Assembly (NCBI GenBank): GCA_032718475.1
Contig: JAUCBJ010000087.1
Location: forward strand, 1 to 64,000
Length of the DNA stretch: 64,000 nt
Source: Nemertoderma westbladi
Lineage: Eukaryota; Animalia; Xenacoelomorpha
Reading direction: 5' to 3'
The translations under genes were made by a program, and so were the position numbers. Numbering within the stretch: position 1 is the stretch's first letter; each line of letters opens with the position of its first letter. Shown one piece after another: positions 62,048 through 64,000 of this stretch. The notes under the pieces are model-generated. The model did no database searches. It worked only from the letters and a program-made list of their open reading frames with translations, and was not told where the DNA came from.

Positions 62048-63018
62048 ACACACATAATGTGTGCGACCTTCCTAACCTATACATAAACTCTAAAGCTATA
62101 AAATACACCGATAGCAGCAAAATACTTGGAATTTGGATAGACAAAAATTTATTGTGGAAAACTCACACCAACTACGTTCTTAAAAAAATATCATAATCTG
62201 CAGGTATATTTTATAAACTCAGATATATCTTTCCTTCACATATTCTACAGCAACTGTACTTCTCACTAGTTCATCCTTATCTTCAGTACGGCATCACTCT
62301 CTGGGGCAGGACCTACTCTACTACTCTCCATCCCATCCGTGTTAAGATCAACAAAATTATCCGATGCATTACCTTTAATCACAACCAATCGTCCTCCGCC
62401 CCAATATAGAAATCATTACATATTCTTCCACTCCATTTACTGTATAAACACCAGATAGGTATATTTATGTATGAACTCTATAAAAAACTACAGATCTTAC
62501 CTTAGAAATAAGAAACTTATTCACCTTAACCTCGACCGTTCATAACCACAAAACCCGGTCAGTAGCCACAGCCAACTACAGGGTTCCTTTGGTTCGACTG
62601 AACACCAGCCAGCACTCCCTGAGTTTTCAAGGCCCATCCATCTGAATTCCAACTTCTTTCAAAAATAGAAAAACTAAAATAATGCTCATCTACTTGATTC
62701 ACTTTAATTTTTTTTCATTGACCTCTTATATACATATGTAACGATTATCACTGTATTCATTTAAATTTATAAATAATAATATATTTTGTCTTATATTCAC
62801 TCTTAAACACACTCTTAAATTGCCCTAACATTAGTAGTACACCCCCCCCCCCCCCCCCCCCCCCCCCCCTATCCTCTCCCCTCACCAAGGGCAGCAGCAC
62901 CTACTAGTTACTATTGCTATTAGCTACTGTCCTTTCCTGTATACCGGTATAGTTATTGTTTATATTACAATAATTATGTTAAAAGGAAGAATAAACTAAT
63001 TGAATTGAATTGAATTGA
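62048..63018 (+). mobile_element. CR1/L2-group LINE, 3' part
   Basis: Continues the frame from 58636 (KTEATFFS|NTHNVCDLPNLYIN). LGIWIDKNLLWKTH, LVHPYLQYGITLWG, AATAAA followed by an (ATTGA)n tail. Confidence 0.85.
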
Positions 63019-64000
63019 TCGAGGTTATGATAATTCTGATTAATTATTTTCTAATCTGTCAACTACATCTCAACTACTCGACTACTCAACTCAACTCAAC
63101 TACTTAACTAGTCGATTACTGGGCCTGTTTCAAAAAAAGTCAATTTGGTAATGTATGTAAAATTCGCAACTTTGGACAGAACTAGCTCAAACAGATGTGA
63201 CTTAAATCAAAAAAGTTTGTGCTAGGACATACCTGGGAGTGTCGGTTTTCCACAAAGTGAAACACTTGATTATATACCTAGGCATTCTTGTTTACTTGAG
63301 CTTAGAATTTATAGTAACATATGGAACGCAGAAAAATGGCTAAATTTGCAAAGTTACAGACATTCAAATTCCTGTGAGAGGTTTAATATATCTATGTTTT
63401 TCTTTCCATTATCTCATAGCCATATATATATTCGAGGTTCTCTGGAAAACATAAACCAATATTATAAGATGAACCTTTCAAAAAATATACCCATTGCAGT
63501 GACCATATGGACAGTAACGTATGGACAAAAGGACACATTTTATATTTTGAGTTATATTGTAAAATTAAGGTATTGGAGCCATTTTGCAAGCAAGCCGAGT
63601 CACATAGCACCAAATAATTTAAGCACAATGATTGGCAATAGATAAATTACTGGTTCTTATAAAAAAAAACCTTACAAAAATTAAAGAGTATTAGAAATCA
63701 GAGTAAACACAGCAATTAAACTCGATTAAACAGAAAACAATCCATCCGGTTATATAGCTTAGTCTGGTGGGGTGGTAAGCTACATTTTAACGAAAATACT
63801 CTTACCCTATTCCTTTGAGAATCCATAGTATACTGGTTCTTTACTTTTACGTCCAGATCTCGAAGTCGAAGTATAAGAATGGATTTCTAGGCCACCTTCA
63901 CCTTCTCCAGTCTCGAAATCCTCGCTATAATCATGTTCAGCTATAATGTTGTTGCTGTGAGATTTCAGCAGTTCATAGAATGTGAGCCCCAGACCGTCCC

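Noticed and set aside
63805-64000. Minus-strand ORF end (…SRSGRKSKEPVYYGFSKE*) like an LTR-element integrase tail
   Set aside because: Too short and cut by the window edge to support a call.

Overview
AT-rich invertebrate animal genomic DNA, dominated by transposable elements. The one clear host gene is menin (MEN1, - strand): two coding exons (25011-24085, 15577-14696; 602 aa) split by a single 8.5-kb intron. Nested antisense in that intron is a gustatory-receptor-like (7tm_7/GRL) gene whose frame is broken by a ~326-bp inverted-repeat element that looks removable by splicing. Positions 1-8141 hold two diverged, nested copies of an LTR-retroelement family. One has a >796-codon gag-like ORF; both have long leaders with conserved blocks and ~675-bp LTRs that each carry a tRNA-like Pol III cassette. 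Positions 35.2-44.6 kb hold a degraded cluster of alpha-kinase, HECT ligase, IS3/IS481-type integrase and a second HECT ligase, possibly a cargo-carrying IS3EU-like transposon. The rest is hAT, pogo, Harbinger, piggyBac and Crypton-like elements, Gypsy, BEL, RTE and CR1 fragments (including a CR1>RTE>Merlin nest), minisatellites, and a near-perfect palindrome of tRNA-derived heads. All calls come from reading by eye; no searches were run.
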